DNA of 64,000 nucleotides, taken from NCBI GenBank assembly GCA_024679065.1, contig JAGIQG010000004.1:105028001-105092000 (forward strand), given 5' to 3'. Each line of letters starts with the position of its first letter. Within the stretch, counting starts at the first letter, position 1. The position numbers and the translations under genes were made by a program. The notes under the pieces were generated by a model. The model saw only the letters and a list, made by a program, of their open reading frames with translations, did no database searches and had not been told where the DNA came from. The stretch is from Sphyrna mokarran. Its lineage: Eukaryota. Positions 38,853 through 51,669 of the stretch are shown here, piece by piece.

Positions 38853-39075
38853 GAATCACAGAATCACAGAAGACTATTGTGCAGAAGAGACCCTTCAGCC
38901 CATCGAGTCTGTACTAACGTATTAAAGACCCTGATCTGCCCACCTAATCCCACTTGCCGGCAATTGGCCCATAGCCTCGAATGTTACAGTGTGCCAAGTA
39001 CTCCTCCAGGTACTTTTTAAAGGATGTGGGGCATCCCATCTCCATCATCCTCCCAGGCAGTGCATTCCAGAGTAG
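38853..39075 (-). mobile_element. CR1 3' end fragment
   Basis: (GAATCACA)n tail, CCCTTCAGCCCATCGAGTCTG 3' UTR, WNALPG motif. Confidence 0.75.
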
Positions 39076-40619
39076 ATGATTGACTCTGGAGCCAGGGATG
39101 TTTGCCTTTGAGGACAGGATGAGATCGGTGACCTAGAGAGGGAGGGGAGAGGTGGGATTGGGAGCTGATTTTGGAGATTACAGATGAGGAAGCAAAGTTG
39201 GAGGGGTGTCTAACTTTGGGAGATGCCCTGATTTTTAGAGGATACCCCAAAAAGACCTACTCATTTCCTGCCTGCCTTTTTTTAAAAACACTTATGTTTA
39301 AAAATGGTCTGCCTGTTCTTCAAGATTGCCAACTGGACTAAGGAATGGACTGCATACTAACCAACTCAATTGGCCTGTTAACGAACTCAATTGACCGTTA
39401 ATTCTTTATTTAAGAATGGCAAGCAAGCTGCCAATTTTGGCATCCACTCACCAATGTCATGAGGGATGGAATGAAGGGGGAGTGAGGAGAGGGTGTGGTG
39501 GTAGGAGATGATGGACATACAGAGGTGGTATACATAAAATCCAGCCCATAATTCATTTCACTGCAGTTCCATTGTCAAGTTATCCTATTACCTTTTCAAA
39601 AACAGAAATAGCTGAGAAAGCATGACACTTTGTTCGCAACAGATTAATCCCCATCTAAATACTTTGCAGCTTGTGTAATATATTGATGCTGTCCAACAAT
39701 TCTTCTCCCACGCAAATCCCACACAACAACAAATACAGCAGCTAATCACAAAGGGAATGATCTACACTTCAACAAATTTGACAAACCTTGTTTAGCAAGG
39801 GAAGAGCCAACATTCATATGTTGTCCTCACTGCAGTAGAGCCACAGATGATAGATGATCAAGAGTAAATGGGACAGTAACTTCCAGCATCGACACATCAG
39901 CAACTAAATGCTGTCCCATTTGCCCTGCTTCACAATCTCCTCTACAATGGTAACATGTCAATGGATTCAGAATTCATATACATGAAAGCCATACAGTTGC
40001 CATATTTACCCATTAGATGGCCATTAAACATGCAAAAAAAAGGTGGCATTTATATCTTCAACTGTGTGTAACTTTACATGGTAAGTCTTAATTACTTTCA
40101 GCTAACCTCTCTGGCAGTGAGAAATTATTTCTAAATATGTGGAGTCTCATCCCTTCAGATTTTAATTATTATTACAAATTTTTAAAAATATCTTTCTGTC
40201 AGTAACTTTTTCTTTCTATCTTCACCCCATCTCCCTTTCCCTCTCTTTGTTTCACTTGCTGTACGTGCTTTTACATTGAATTAAATGTTCTAACTCTCAT
40301 TTCCTGGTTTAAGATTTGCAAACTGATTTTAATATGACTGACCTATAAAAAGCAGGGAGACCTGTGTGGGCCTGAAACTGTTGGCCTGGAAGCGGGCTTT
40401 GTCTTATCTCTGTAATTCAACTACAACACTGACATCCCATTTCTAGGTTTCCTAACCAATCGTAAGGTGTAGGCAGGGATATGTAGAATCTGATCCACTG
40501 TCATCTGTCAAAGGAAGGAACTGTGGTCAAAGGGATTCCAGCAGCGATCAGATTGATTAAATTGTATGTTCACCCTTATGGTTTTGGCACTCGTGAGAAT
40601 AGAAAGGTAACCTGGGACG

Positions 40620-41140
40620 GTTGGCCCTTTGGACTCGGACTCCTGTATGGAAATCCAGGTGCAAGATCTGAGGGGCTGAAATAAAGCCATTTTTCCCAAG
40701 AAGACGCAGCCTTTCAAATGAGGCAGGCATGGGTGGATCTGGCCAAGGAAGTGAGCAGCAGAAGTGCGATACCTTGAACTTTATAATAAAGTAAAAGGTT
40801 CAATGTCTTGTGAGAGCAGGAAAGGTGAGTGGCCTAAGATTTTCAGGTGTACAATATCCACATTCTGACAATGCCAGGGTTTTTCTGAACAACAATCCTC
40901 CAGCCAATACACTTTATAACATTTCATATTCCTCTCATTGCTGCCGCCTCCTCACTTTCTTATCTGAACAGATAAAACTGACACTCACCATCATCATATT
41001 TACACCTCACAATCTTCTCCACAACTGGCTTCACCTCTATACAATCCATTTGTCACATTCTTAGCACCGTAGGAAAAAGAGAAGATATAACTCAAGGGAG
41101 ATGTGGAGAGTTGGAGGTGGCCCTCCAGTGCTAACCATCT
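40620..41140 (+). pseudogene. Fossil PIF/Harbinger Myb/SANT-like accessory gene with GT-AG intron
   Basis: QAWVDLAKEVSSRSAIP*TL**SKRFN..VRAGK, donor GTGAGT at 40825, acceptor AG at 41071-41072, then EK..YNSRE..VGGGPP; stops and frameshifts. Confidence 0.65.
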
Positions 41141-41145
41141 TGATA

Positions 41146-41520
41146 ACAAAAGTAACTTACATTTTCACAGTGCCGGTAATGGACTGTAACATCCCAAGTT
41201 GATTCACAGGAGCATTGTAAAGCAAACTATGACAGCGAGACAATCTTAGGACAGATGCCAAAAGTTTTGGTCAAAGAAGTGAGTTTTAAGAAATTTCTCA
41301 AAGGAGGAATGTGAGCTAGTGAAGTGGAGAGTCATAGGATGCATCTTGCCCACTGAAGGCACAGCCAACAATAGTAGACCAAATATAATTGGGGACATAC
41401 AAGCAGCCAGAATTAAAGGTGTGCAGCACATTTATTTTGGAGACTACAGGGCAAGGCAAGGGCAAAGTCATGAAAGGATGTGAAAACTAGAATGAGAATG
41501 ATAAAATCAAGATAGTATTC
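41146..41520 (-). mobile_element. Old L2-type LINE 3' fragment
   Basis: AACATCCCAAG..TTCACAGGAGCATT..TTGGTCAAAGAAGTGAGTTTTAAG; minus-strand SFEKFLKTHFF. Confidence 0.6.
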
Positions 41521-42371
41521 AAGGTAAAGTTCAGCAGGCATCGAATGAAAAGGAACAGGACACGCTGACAGCCACTGGCAATGGCTATCCATAGAGTTGA
41601 CGGTCAAAGAAATCTTATTCTGGAAAGTTGCAAATGAAAACAATGATCCTCTCTGAAAATTTGTGTCTGGTAAGACACTGGTGCTCGTAGATGTACACAA
41701 ATCTGATAGTATTAAGAAAGAAGCAATTGGACTTTATATCAGAGACCATGTCATAATCATGGAGTACTATGGACTGAAAAAATCAAATTGGCAAATGTAG
41801 TTTGTAGAAAATTTTGAAGCAACTAGGGAAAAAAATATTTTCTATCTAGTATTATGAGGCAGAGTTAATTAGTATTCTCATAATGAAAGGTTCGCTTGTG
41901 GAGAAGTGCTGATAATACAATTGAAATCCATTTTAAGTTTACCAATTACATAATAACGAGGGGATGTTGGTTAAGGTTCATTGGATGATTAGGCTAAAAG
42001 TTATGGCCATAAATAAACAATGAGAGACATTGAATAAAATCAAAATATTCATGGAAAAGTGTTTTGCATTCTCAGTACTCAGCTCAGTGAGAACAATCCA
42101 TCCATGGTTTGTTGGGCAAGCTCAGAGTAATATTGAATTAAAGGAAGAGACTTATAAATGTTGCAAATAATATTAATAAGCCTGATGATTGAGAGCATTG
42201 GACAAACATCAATTAACCAGCTGATCAAGGAAAAAAAATGACAGCATACCAGACAAGAATATAAAAACAGTTTGTAAGAACTTTCATAAGTATATAAACA
42301 GAAAGACATGAGGAAATGGTAGGAATAATGAACAATTTTTTTTCTGTCTTCCAAGGTAAGAGACAGATGTT

Positions 42372-42575
42372 GAAAGCTTGCTGGAGTTTAAACCGACAGG
42401 ATCTAATGGCTCTGCAAGTGCCACCTTCCTTCCGTAGCCTTCCCAGCAGTGAGGGATGTGTAGAAGTGGGAACCCCATTGACAATGGAGGCACTGTAAGA
42501 TCCCACCAGCAACGATTGGTGCACTGCCTGCCACCATGCCAAAACACATCACCATGGGAGATGAAATTCCTGTCC
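42372..42575. mobile_element. Short Harbinger-type MITE
   Basis: Right TIR GAAATTCCTGTCC; inverted homolog of 32705-32953. Confidence 0.55.
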
Positions 42576-42949
42576 ACAAGTTACATGCCAGAAATAGATG
42601 GTAAACAATAGGTCTAATAAGAGTGAGGAACTTAAAAGTTCTTAACATCAAAAAATAAAATATATTAGATAAATGCCATTATTATCACCTATGCTCTATT
42701 TAAAGGGAGGCCCTTGGCTTATTGTCTACAGTTGCTTTACCCTGAGCTGTTCTGCAGCAATTTTGCCAGCGATGTTTTGCCATTGCTTTCCACTTTCAGG
42801 GGCAGGATAAAGAGGCAGGTCCCAAGGCTACTTTGTCAAAATTCGAATTGAACTTGCATAATTGATGTTAATGTAAACCAAATTCTAACAGCCTTAGCCA
42901 ACCAAGGTACTAACTCCTTAATCTAAATGCACACAAATCCCAAGAATAT

Positions 42950-43760
42950 TATAGCGTACATCCTAAGATTCTCAAAGAAGTAACTGCAGAGATATTAAAT
43001 GCATTAGTTTTCCAAAATTCTTTAGATTCCAGGATAATCCCAGCAATTTAAAAGGTAGCAAATGTATCATCACCATTCAAGAAAGGAGGCAAAAAGAAAA
43101 TAAGGAACTAGTAGCCAATTAATCTGAAGAAATCTTAACAATACACTTAAAATTGAAAGACTTTTAGAACATAGAACATAGAACATAGAACATTACAGCA
43201 CAGAACAGGCCCTTCGGCCTTCGATGTTGTGCCGACCAAAATAAAAAGCAATGCCCCTCCAAACTAAACCATTCCCTTCTCTTCCATATACTTATCAATT
43301 AACCTCTTAAACGCCACCAAACTTGGCGCATCTACAACAGCTGCAGGCAGGGCATTCCACTCCCTAATCACTCTTTGAGTAAAGAACCTACCTCTGATAT
43401 CCGTCCTATAACTCATACCCCTTAATTTAAAGCTGTGTCCCCTCGTGCTAGCTTTCTCCATCCTAGGAAAAAGGCTATCACTGTCCACCCTATCTAAACC
43501 TCTAATCATCTTATATGCTTCAATAAGATCCCCTCTTAGCCGCCTCCTTTCTAACGAAAACAACCTCAACATATTGAGTCAACATAGTTTTACAACATGG
43601 AATGATGTTTGAAAAAAGGATGCACCAATATTGTATGTAATGGGGTACCTGCTTTATATTCAGATTTCCAAAAGGCATTTGGTGTGGTTCCACACAGAAA
43701 GTTAAAATGAGATTAGGGCTTTAGATTTTGGGATAATGGATAGTATTTTACATTGTAGAT
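42950..43760 (+). mobile_element. Old CR1 RT fragment, interrupted by a young CR1
   Basis: HPKILKEVTAEI..FQNSLDS..ANV..FKKGG; DFQKAF after the insertion. Confidence 0.7.
43174..43567 (-). mobile_element. Young 5'-truncated CR1 (HER1-like), copy B
   Basis: Intact ORF2 C-terminus 43264-43567; (GAACATA)n tail; TSD AACATA at 43168-43173 and 43568-43573. Confidence 0.95.
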
Positions 43761-45599
43761 ATTATTGATGTTGATTTATTCATATTATATTCTGAGAAAA
43801 TAGGCACATGAATGATCTTACATTCCAATGTACATTTATTTTTTAGGAGGAAGGGAGTGTGGTACATTGTATAGTTGCTTCACTGCTGCTCTCTCTTTTT
43901 CTGTTGATGAGGTGTAAATAAAATCTTCTTCCAAAAGAACTGTCTAACTTATGTTACTGAAACGTCTCTTTTGCCTGTTTGGCAAACTCATTTTTGATTA
44001 ATCAATCTTTTCTATTCTAACATTGAAGTTAAAAAAATCACATTGCTGTTTCACAACTGTTCTCCTATTCTTATGCTTTAATTGCCGCTCTCTGTTCCTC
44101 AACTGAGATTCATTATAAAATGTCGAAAAATGTCTTCCCTTTCCATATCTTGAAACCTATCAATTCCAAAAAGATGACATTGAGTCACTACCAAATCCAA
44201 TGTGCCTGTTCACCCTGTGGTAAATTACATACCCAATTTTTGAGGATTGTGATATCTAACCTGATGTGAAACTCAATGGACAGTGGTTTTCCCCATGCTT
44301 CATTATAGTGCTGAAGCTTGATCAATCTGCAGATGTTACATTAAGACTCTAGAACAATAATGATGTCTCAGAAGCATCTTTCGAATCACGTGGAAGGAAA
44401 ATGGAACAAGCGTGAACATCCTCCAAGATATTGTCATGGCAGAGATTATGATATACTCACATCAGCTGAGAAGGACAGGATACATCACCAGAATGAATCA
44501 AGACTGCCCAACCAGGTGTATAATGCTTAACTGTTCTGTGGTCAATTGTGTGCGACTGTTGACTATCAAGCTCATTGTGCTCCTTTAGTTAAACCTGGTA
44601 TGGACTCAGAGACAATAAATGAACTGTGGAAGTTGCTGCAAGTTAAAGCTTTAAGTATGGGGCAAACCATTTAAAGCATTATGATGAAAACTTGTTACAC
44701 TCATGGAGCTGAAATTTTGTTTTCACAGTTGGGGGACTGAGGTGAAAAGGGGATTAAGTTGTCCATTCATTCCCCCCATTCCGAGCATCTCTGTTCAAGA
44801 AATTGTGTCAGTTAGTGAATTAACATCCGCTTGCTAAGAGGATGGTCAACTGGGGGCCACAGTACCCAACTGGATAATAAGGCCAGGATGTGCTATGATC
44901 AGGCAGTCACTCAGCTGCAAAATTAAAGGCAATTTGATCTCTAAATTCTTTATTTCTTATGGCAGACTCAAAAAGTCAATAAATTAAATCAAATATCCCA
45001 TGGATGCTGCCACTGGCATCGCAAAATTTGCTGTTGTATTCAGTTATGCCCAGTGGTAGGCTTTCTCTTCCAGCTTTGTGCTGTGTCATCATACCTGCTA
45101 TTAAGCACTCCCAAACCTTTACGTGCCTGTGCCTAAAAAATGCAGTTGGCAATGAAAAGTTGCAGACAATTAAATTGTTAATAAATTCAATAGCTTGGTA
45201 ACAAGATATTCTCAAAATAATGGGCAGAATTAAAATGTTATGCCTGCTTGTCTTCCATAATTTCAAAGACTGGCATGACAAAGGCATATTGCCAAACCAA
45301 AGTCACACTGCATTTCAGGTTCACATAGGTGAATGACAAACCCATGGAAACTAGTGTAATCTCTACATAAGGCTAAGATATAAATACAGGACAATGAGCT
45401 ATGCCAGGGTGCCCATTCATCAGTGGGCAAAAAGAAAAGTTTCAAAGACAATCTCAAAGTCTGCTCTGTTAACATCAACACATGCTCAATCACGACTAAA
45501 ATGGTGATCCGTCCTCAAAAATTATGTCACTAACTTACAATCAACAAGAGCATCCACTGATGAATCTATTATGAAAAATAGATAGCGAACTTTATAATA

Positions 45600-45975
45600 A
45601 AAGTTTATAAAATTATGAAGGGTATAGATAGAATGAACAGTTGGAAGCTTTTTCTCAGGTCAGAAATGACAAACACAAGGGATCACAAGTTCAAGGTAAG
45701 GTGGGGGGCGGGGTGGGGTGGAGTGGGGGGGACACAAGGTTCAATACAGATATGCAGGGATGTATTTTACACAGAGAGTGGTGGGAGCCTGGAATGCACT
45801 ACCAAGGAAGATGATTGAGGCAGACATACTAGGATCATTTAAGACTTACTTAGATAGCCACATGAACAGACTGGGAATAGAGGGATACAAACAGATAGTC
45901 TTGTTAGGAACACATGATCGGTGCAGGCTTCGAGGGCCAAAGGGCCTGTTCTTCTACTGTATTGTTCTTTGTTTG
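45600..45975 (+). mobile_element. CR1 3' end fragment
   Basis: VYKIMKGIDR..FTQRVVGAWNALP; tail GGGCCAAAGGGCCTGTT. Confidence 0.85.
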
Positions 45976-46269
45976 TAATTGTGAGAGATGGAAAAAAAGA
46001 GGGCAACTGCTTAATTCAACAATCTGTCACCACCTCTACCTGTCAACAATCAATGACTGCACTGTCAAAAACGCTATAAAACAAAGACAGAGCTCAGAAG
46101 CCATCTGTGAAACAAATCTAATGCTGACATCTCACTTAAGCACACCCATCCACAAGGGATATTCATTGTCAATGTGAAGTATAGCCAATGACAATGGTAG
46201 TAATATTTCAAAAATGCTTCTTTTTTTCTTGGATCAGAATTTTAAAGTATCACCTGTATTACAGTCTAC

Positions 46270-49200
46270 CTTGGAATAGATAAGTCTTTTTTATAATATG
46301 GAAAGAGTTTTGTTTGGTCAAATATTCTGAGTGTGTGATTATGCCAGTTGACTGTGCTTTAGATATTCTCAGGATAGTGTTCTCAGCAAGGATGACTTTG
46401 CGTCTCCATTGGTTTGTCTTGTGGGCGTAGGTCTTGTTGCCTAGGCCTGTAGAGGAGCTTTCATTTTGACTGGTGTAAGGAATCTGTGTTGTTGGCTGAA
46501 TGTCTGGGATAAAGTAGCATTTACTGGTGCTGGTTCTGATACCTTTAGTAGATGACATTAGTTTCATACATAGTGGGCACCCTCTGAGTACTATTTAACT
46601 GTTGTATATGGGTCATTGCTGTGTACCATCTTCAACTTGTCATGACTAAGTCTGGTCGGGATTCTGGCTGTTCGAGGGACAAATCTGTGAGCATTGCATT
46701 CATAGTACCTTTCTCCTCTTAATCATAATTCCATGAGACACCTCTCACACTAGTTTTGAATTTGTGCTGCATTGCAAAAGAACCTTGATAGTAAGGACCA
46801 TAGTCCTGGTGCACCTAGAGAATAGTCACTGCTCTGACAAGGGCAGACCTAGCTTCACTAATTGAGGAGTGCAGCATTATAGCCTGTCTGATTCCATGCA
46901 CATCTCTGGAAGATGAATTTCAGGGCACTGTTGTTCTGTCAAACCATTAAAATGTTGGTTTAGGAAGCTGCTTGGGTTATGCTCAATGTCCCATGTATAT
47001 GCAAAGGTTCTCAATTCAGTGAAGATAGACTGGTGAGTGTTGAGCATCATGACTCTATAAGGGATGTTGGTGTGATGGAGAGTCTCTTGAGTTTGATGAT
47101 GACTGATGACTGATAAATGACCACAGTGGGTCTGAAACATCAGGAGATGCAGCAGTTATTTCATTTGATGCGGCTTTATCTGGATACATCTCTTTCCATA
47201 TCAGTGTACATCTATGGCCAGTACAGTGATTCCTTGGCCCTGTGTCTAGTTGCTTCCATCCACAGTGGCCCAGCTGAAGTTGCTGAGTGAAGTACCTTTG
47301 AAGAGGAATATGAATGGCAATTCGCCAGTTATACAGTGTCAGTCTGCCCTGTATAGTTAGTTAATCGCTGATGATGAAACATATGCCAAACTCGTAAGGA
47401 GACTCCCTTGAGGACTCTGGCCAGCCCCTCAAGACGATATTATGCAATTTGTTTGCAATGTGATGTCTGTCTGTAAAGCCTCTTTACGTTCCTGGATTCT
47501 ACAAGAGGACAACATCTCTGTTGATGAACAGAGGGATCTTGGTGTATTTGTGCATAGATCCCTGAAAGTAGGCAGTCAAGTCGATAAGGTTGTTAAGAAG
47601 GTATATGGAGTCTTAACTTTTATTGGTAGGGGGATTGAATTTCGGAGCCGCAACGTCATGTTGCAACTGTACAAAACTCTAGTGCGGCCGTACTTGGAGT
47701 ATTGTGTGCAGTTCTGGTCCCCGCATTATAAGAAAGATGTGGAGGCTTTGGAGAGGGTACAGAGGAGGTTTACCAGGATGTTGCCTGGTATGGAGGGCAG
47801 GTCTTATGAAGAGAGGCTGAGGGATTTGAGGTTGTTTTCGTTAGAAAGAAGGCGGCTAAGAGGAGACCTTATTGAAACATATAAGATGATTAGAGGTTTA
47901 GATAGGGTGGACAGTGATAGCCTTTTTCCTAGGATGGAGAAAGCTAGCACGAGGGGACACAGCTTTAAATTAAGGGGTGATAGTTATAGGACGGATATCA
48001 GAGGTAGGTTCTTTACCCAAAGGGTGGTTCGGGAGTGGAATGCCCTGCCTGCAGCAGTTGTAGATGCGCCAAGTTTGGTGGCGTTTAAGAGGTTAGTTGA
48101 TAAGTATATGGAAGAGAAGGGAATGGTTTAGTTTGGAGGGGCATTGCTTTTTATATTGGTCGGCACAACATCGAAGGCCGAAGGGCCTGTTCTGTGCTGT
48201 AATGTTCTATGTTCTATGTTCTATTGTCATGATGTCTATGCTTTCTTCATGACCTGCCTGGTCTATCACGGGTAAGAAGTTCTAGAAAATACATCAGACA
48301 AGTATATCTCCTTACCATGTTTGCAGATGATGCTGAGATTGTAACATTGCAGCTTTAGCTTCAAACGCTACAATTGTGCAGATGCAGTATGATGAGATTT
48401 TATTTGGATAGTTACGAGGCTGATAATCAGATTCAACAGTTGCAGGATGAACGTATATGAATGCAAGAAATTTCTGACAGGCAGAGTCTTGAATAAGGAG
48501 TTTCTTTTCAATCTGAGCATAATGAGCTTCAGTTTCAGTGATCGTCCTTGATACAAAGGCTAGAAAGATAATTTGTCAAACCAAAGAAGCATTGTAAAGC
48601 GTACTTGTCCACAGGGATGGACATTAGTCATATAATTGTTGTCTGGATCTGGCTTCACGACGTTGACAATAAATAAATGACGTGGGAAACCAGTTGATTC
48701 TGAATCTGCATTTCCTAGGGTTAAGCTTCTGATGTATGGTTCTAATTCTGTTGAAAATAAGACAAAGATATGTATCATGTCCTTGTAAAGTATGACCCCA
48801 GGCCAGGATGTCACCAACAATGATTTTGCAGAATTGGTCTGTAAATAATTGCCTCATTCAATGTTAGAAGACCTTGTTGCAGTGGAGATCACATAAGACA
48901 GATGAAGGAAATTATATTTGCCTACCGAAGACATGAATGTTGGAAGTTTAGAAGATTCTTCTAACAGAAATTGCGAGAACCCATGTTTTGTATTCAGGAT
49001 GCTAAAATCCCTGGCATTGGGCACGTCTGTTATGACTTATTCCACTGTCTTTATAGAGTGATGCTGTCTGAGCAGCACTTGTTTAACTGAACTGGGTCAA
49101 TGTAAATCCTAACTGTCCTATTTTTCTTTATCACCATTGCTGAAAACCATTCTGTAGGAGGTATGCCATCCAGTGCTGTCATGTAGTGCAATTTATCGAC

Positions 49201-50645
49201 TATATTATGCTTTATGGCTAGTGGTATTCTCTTCAGAGCATAAACTGTTGGTGATGCGGAATCATCTAGTCTCATGTGGTATATTACTGGTAGTTAACTG
49301 AAGATGTTGCAATTGAAGAGGTCTTTGTATTGTTTTATTTCTGGTGCCTGGAGCACAAATCACTGGATCAAATTGGATGATCCCCAGTATGATGCTATCC
49401 CATAGACTTAACAGAGGCCTTATATTCTGGCTGATTCTATAAAACCTGAGGCTGCTCTATGTGTAATGGAAAATGCCACCCATTTCAATGAAGTTGGATT
49501 GTCCACCTGATGTCCACCTGGGTCCATTGGTGCTGCATGTGGGTCTACTTTCCGTAGTCTTCAGCTGGGCAATACATTACACTTTGCTCCAGTGTCAATC
49601 CTTATTTCAGTTTTGCAGTGCTGCAAATCATGTTTGGGTGGTGAAGTCCTTGCCTTTTTCTGCATCAATGTTGACACTCTCACAGCAGAGTGTTTTTGGA
49701 GGCTTCGTGTTTAGTTGCTCTGGCTGGGCTCCAGTTTCTTCACTGATGCTTTGGAGATTGATCAGCTGCAATGTGGTTCTTGTCAAAGGAAAATTATTGT
49801 GATTTTGATTTGCAGCATTTTCCATTTGCCTCATCTGCAGCAACATTTACCATATGCCAAAGACATTGCTCTGTTCTAAGGGTAAGCACCACAGGGCATG
49901 CTCTGTACCACAAAAACTTCAGTTTCCCACCTAAACTCCTTGCTGCTTTCTTACAGACTGTTTATTTAGCATGCAGATGCTAATGGCTATTAGTACTGTT
50001 AAATCTTTCTTTTGCAGTAGCTTCTTGTGGCTAGATCACTGCTGACCCCAAAGGCTATTTGATCCCTGACTATCTCATCTGGAAAGGTACCAAATTCGCT
50101 AAGATTTTCAAAGTGATTGTATAAAATCACTGGATCTTTGGTTTGCAGAATTAAATGTGTACTTGTCGAGTATTTTGTTCTTCACTGGCAGGCAAACGTT
50201 CTCAAACCTTCTCAGAATTATTTTGGATTCCTCTTTGTCCTCCATTGGAAGTACAAATGACCCATATCTCTCGACAACCTCAAGGCCTGCTAGATTTGGT
50301 AATGTATAAGTTGGTACTTTTCATAATTCATCTGATAATCCAGCACCACTCTTTTTCAAACTTGGCCCAGCTGTCCGCAATATTTTAATTGAATATTATG
50401 TGTGAAATTATTATTCGTAATAATTATTATTTGCAAAAATTATTTATGCCACACTGCCAATTCTTGGCACAGGGAGAAGTGTTGGGTTCTCAAAGACCTC
50501 GTGAGCAAAGACTTATAACAAACAACTGTTTATTCACTTGTGAGCAGCTATTACACGCTTATAAACTGGTGCTTCCATCATGTGATCTGTTAAGTAAGCA
50601 CATCATCACATGGCTACTGTGCCAGAATCACATTCTATAGACATT
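46270..50645 (-). mobile_element. Decayed Ty3/Gypsy LTR retrotransposon (gag-PR-RT-IN)
   Basis: gag NIADSWAKFEKEW, degenerate Cys-rich knuckle near 49800-49900, protease IDTGAKCNVL (DTGA at 49585-49596), RT PTEWFSAMV..VRIYIDP and IIVGDILAWG; possible PBS and LTR at 50445-50645. Confidence 0.85.
47519..48224 (+). mobile_element. Young 5'-truncated CR1 (HER1-like), copy C, nested in Gypsy pol
   Basis: Open ORF2 frame to the stop at 48131; (GTTCTAT)n tail; the Gypsy frame DIMTI|EMLSSCRIQ rejoins across it. Confidence 0.95.
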
Positions 50646-51669
50646 TTAATGTTAAGACTTTGGCAGTTTGCCAAATGTATTCAGCTCCTAAACTGTCCTC
50701 CTCTTCAGTTTCCGCTGCGAGAGACGGTCATGCAGTTTTTTCTCATTGTACGATCATGCGAAGACTGCACCTTAAAGTGACATAATTAAAGTGTGGATTA
50801 CAAAATCACCCCCATTTGTGACATCCCAGAAGGGGAATACTGATACAAATGTCTGTTTCCAGCTCCCTGTAATCTAAAAGTTTTGAAATATAAAATAGGC
50901 AACAAGTGACGATTGAAATATACTGATATGTGGACAGATATTATGTACCAATTTGTTACAATATATACTTTCCCTCTTGGAACATGCATGCAGACATGAG
51001 AGAACATTATAATTAAAATCCTGTGGGTGGCTGTCTCCTTTCCCTTTGTCTACAAACCAAGTAGAAGTTCAGGGGTTTAACTGCCTTATACACATCAGGT
51101 TGCACCCACTGATCACTGTAATTATATGTAATTATTCCTTACCTTACTATCCCCAAATACTGAAAAGAAACGTGACTAGTTGGAACTACTTATTACTACT
51201 GGTGCACAATTTGCGTGTAATGTTCTGCTTGTGTGATGGATCTTTTTAAACAGAATAGCACAGTATAATATAAAACATAAATCTTCATTAAACTTGCTCA
51301 GAAAACCAGCAATAATTTATTCTTCCAGAACTGTCAGCAGTGGAAAAATGCCTGAGTGGCATTTAAGGTCTGAGAGAAGAGTATAGCCTGCAATATCATT
51401 TAAATGTATAAGGCTATGTATGTCAAATTGGGCATATTTTAAAACCAAGATGAGTTACTGTTGATGTTAATGGCTAAAATCTGTCAGAATAGCCAGCATT
51501 CATTTCCAGTGTCTTAACTGAGGACTGAAATCACTTCAAACTGAGCTGAAGCTGTCAGGTCCACTTCAAAATACTCTGACAATTCTCCAGAAAGGTAACA
51601 GTGCAGTACAGTACTCGCACAGTGTGTTTATAAATTATAAGGAAGATTATATCGGGCACCAAAAATAGA

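Noticed and set aside
47442-47518. Apparent N-terminal extension of the 229-aa ORF
   Set aside because: It is antisense Gypsy pol sequence fortuitously in frame with the truncated CR1 insertion.
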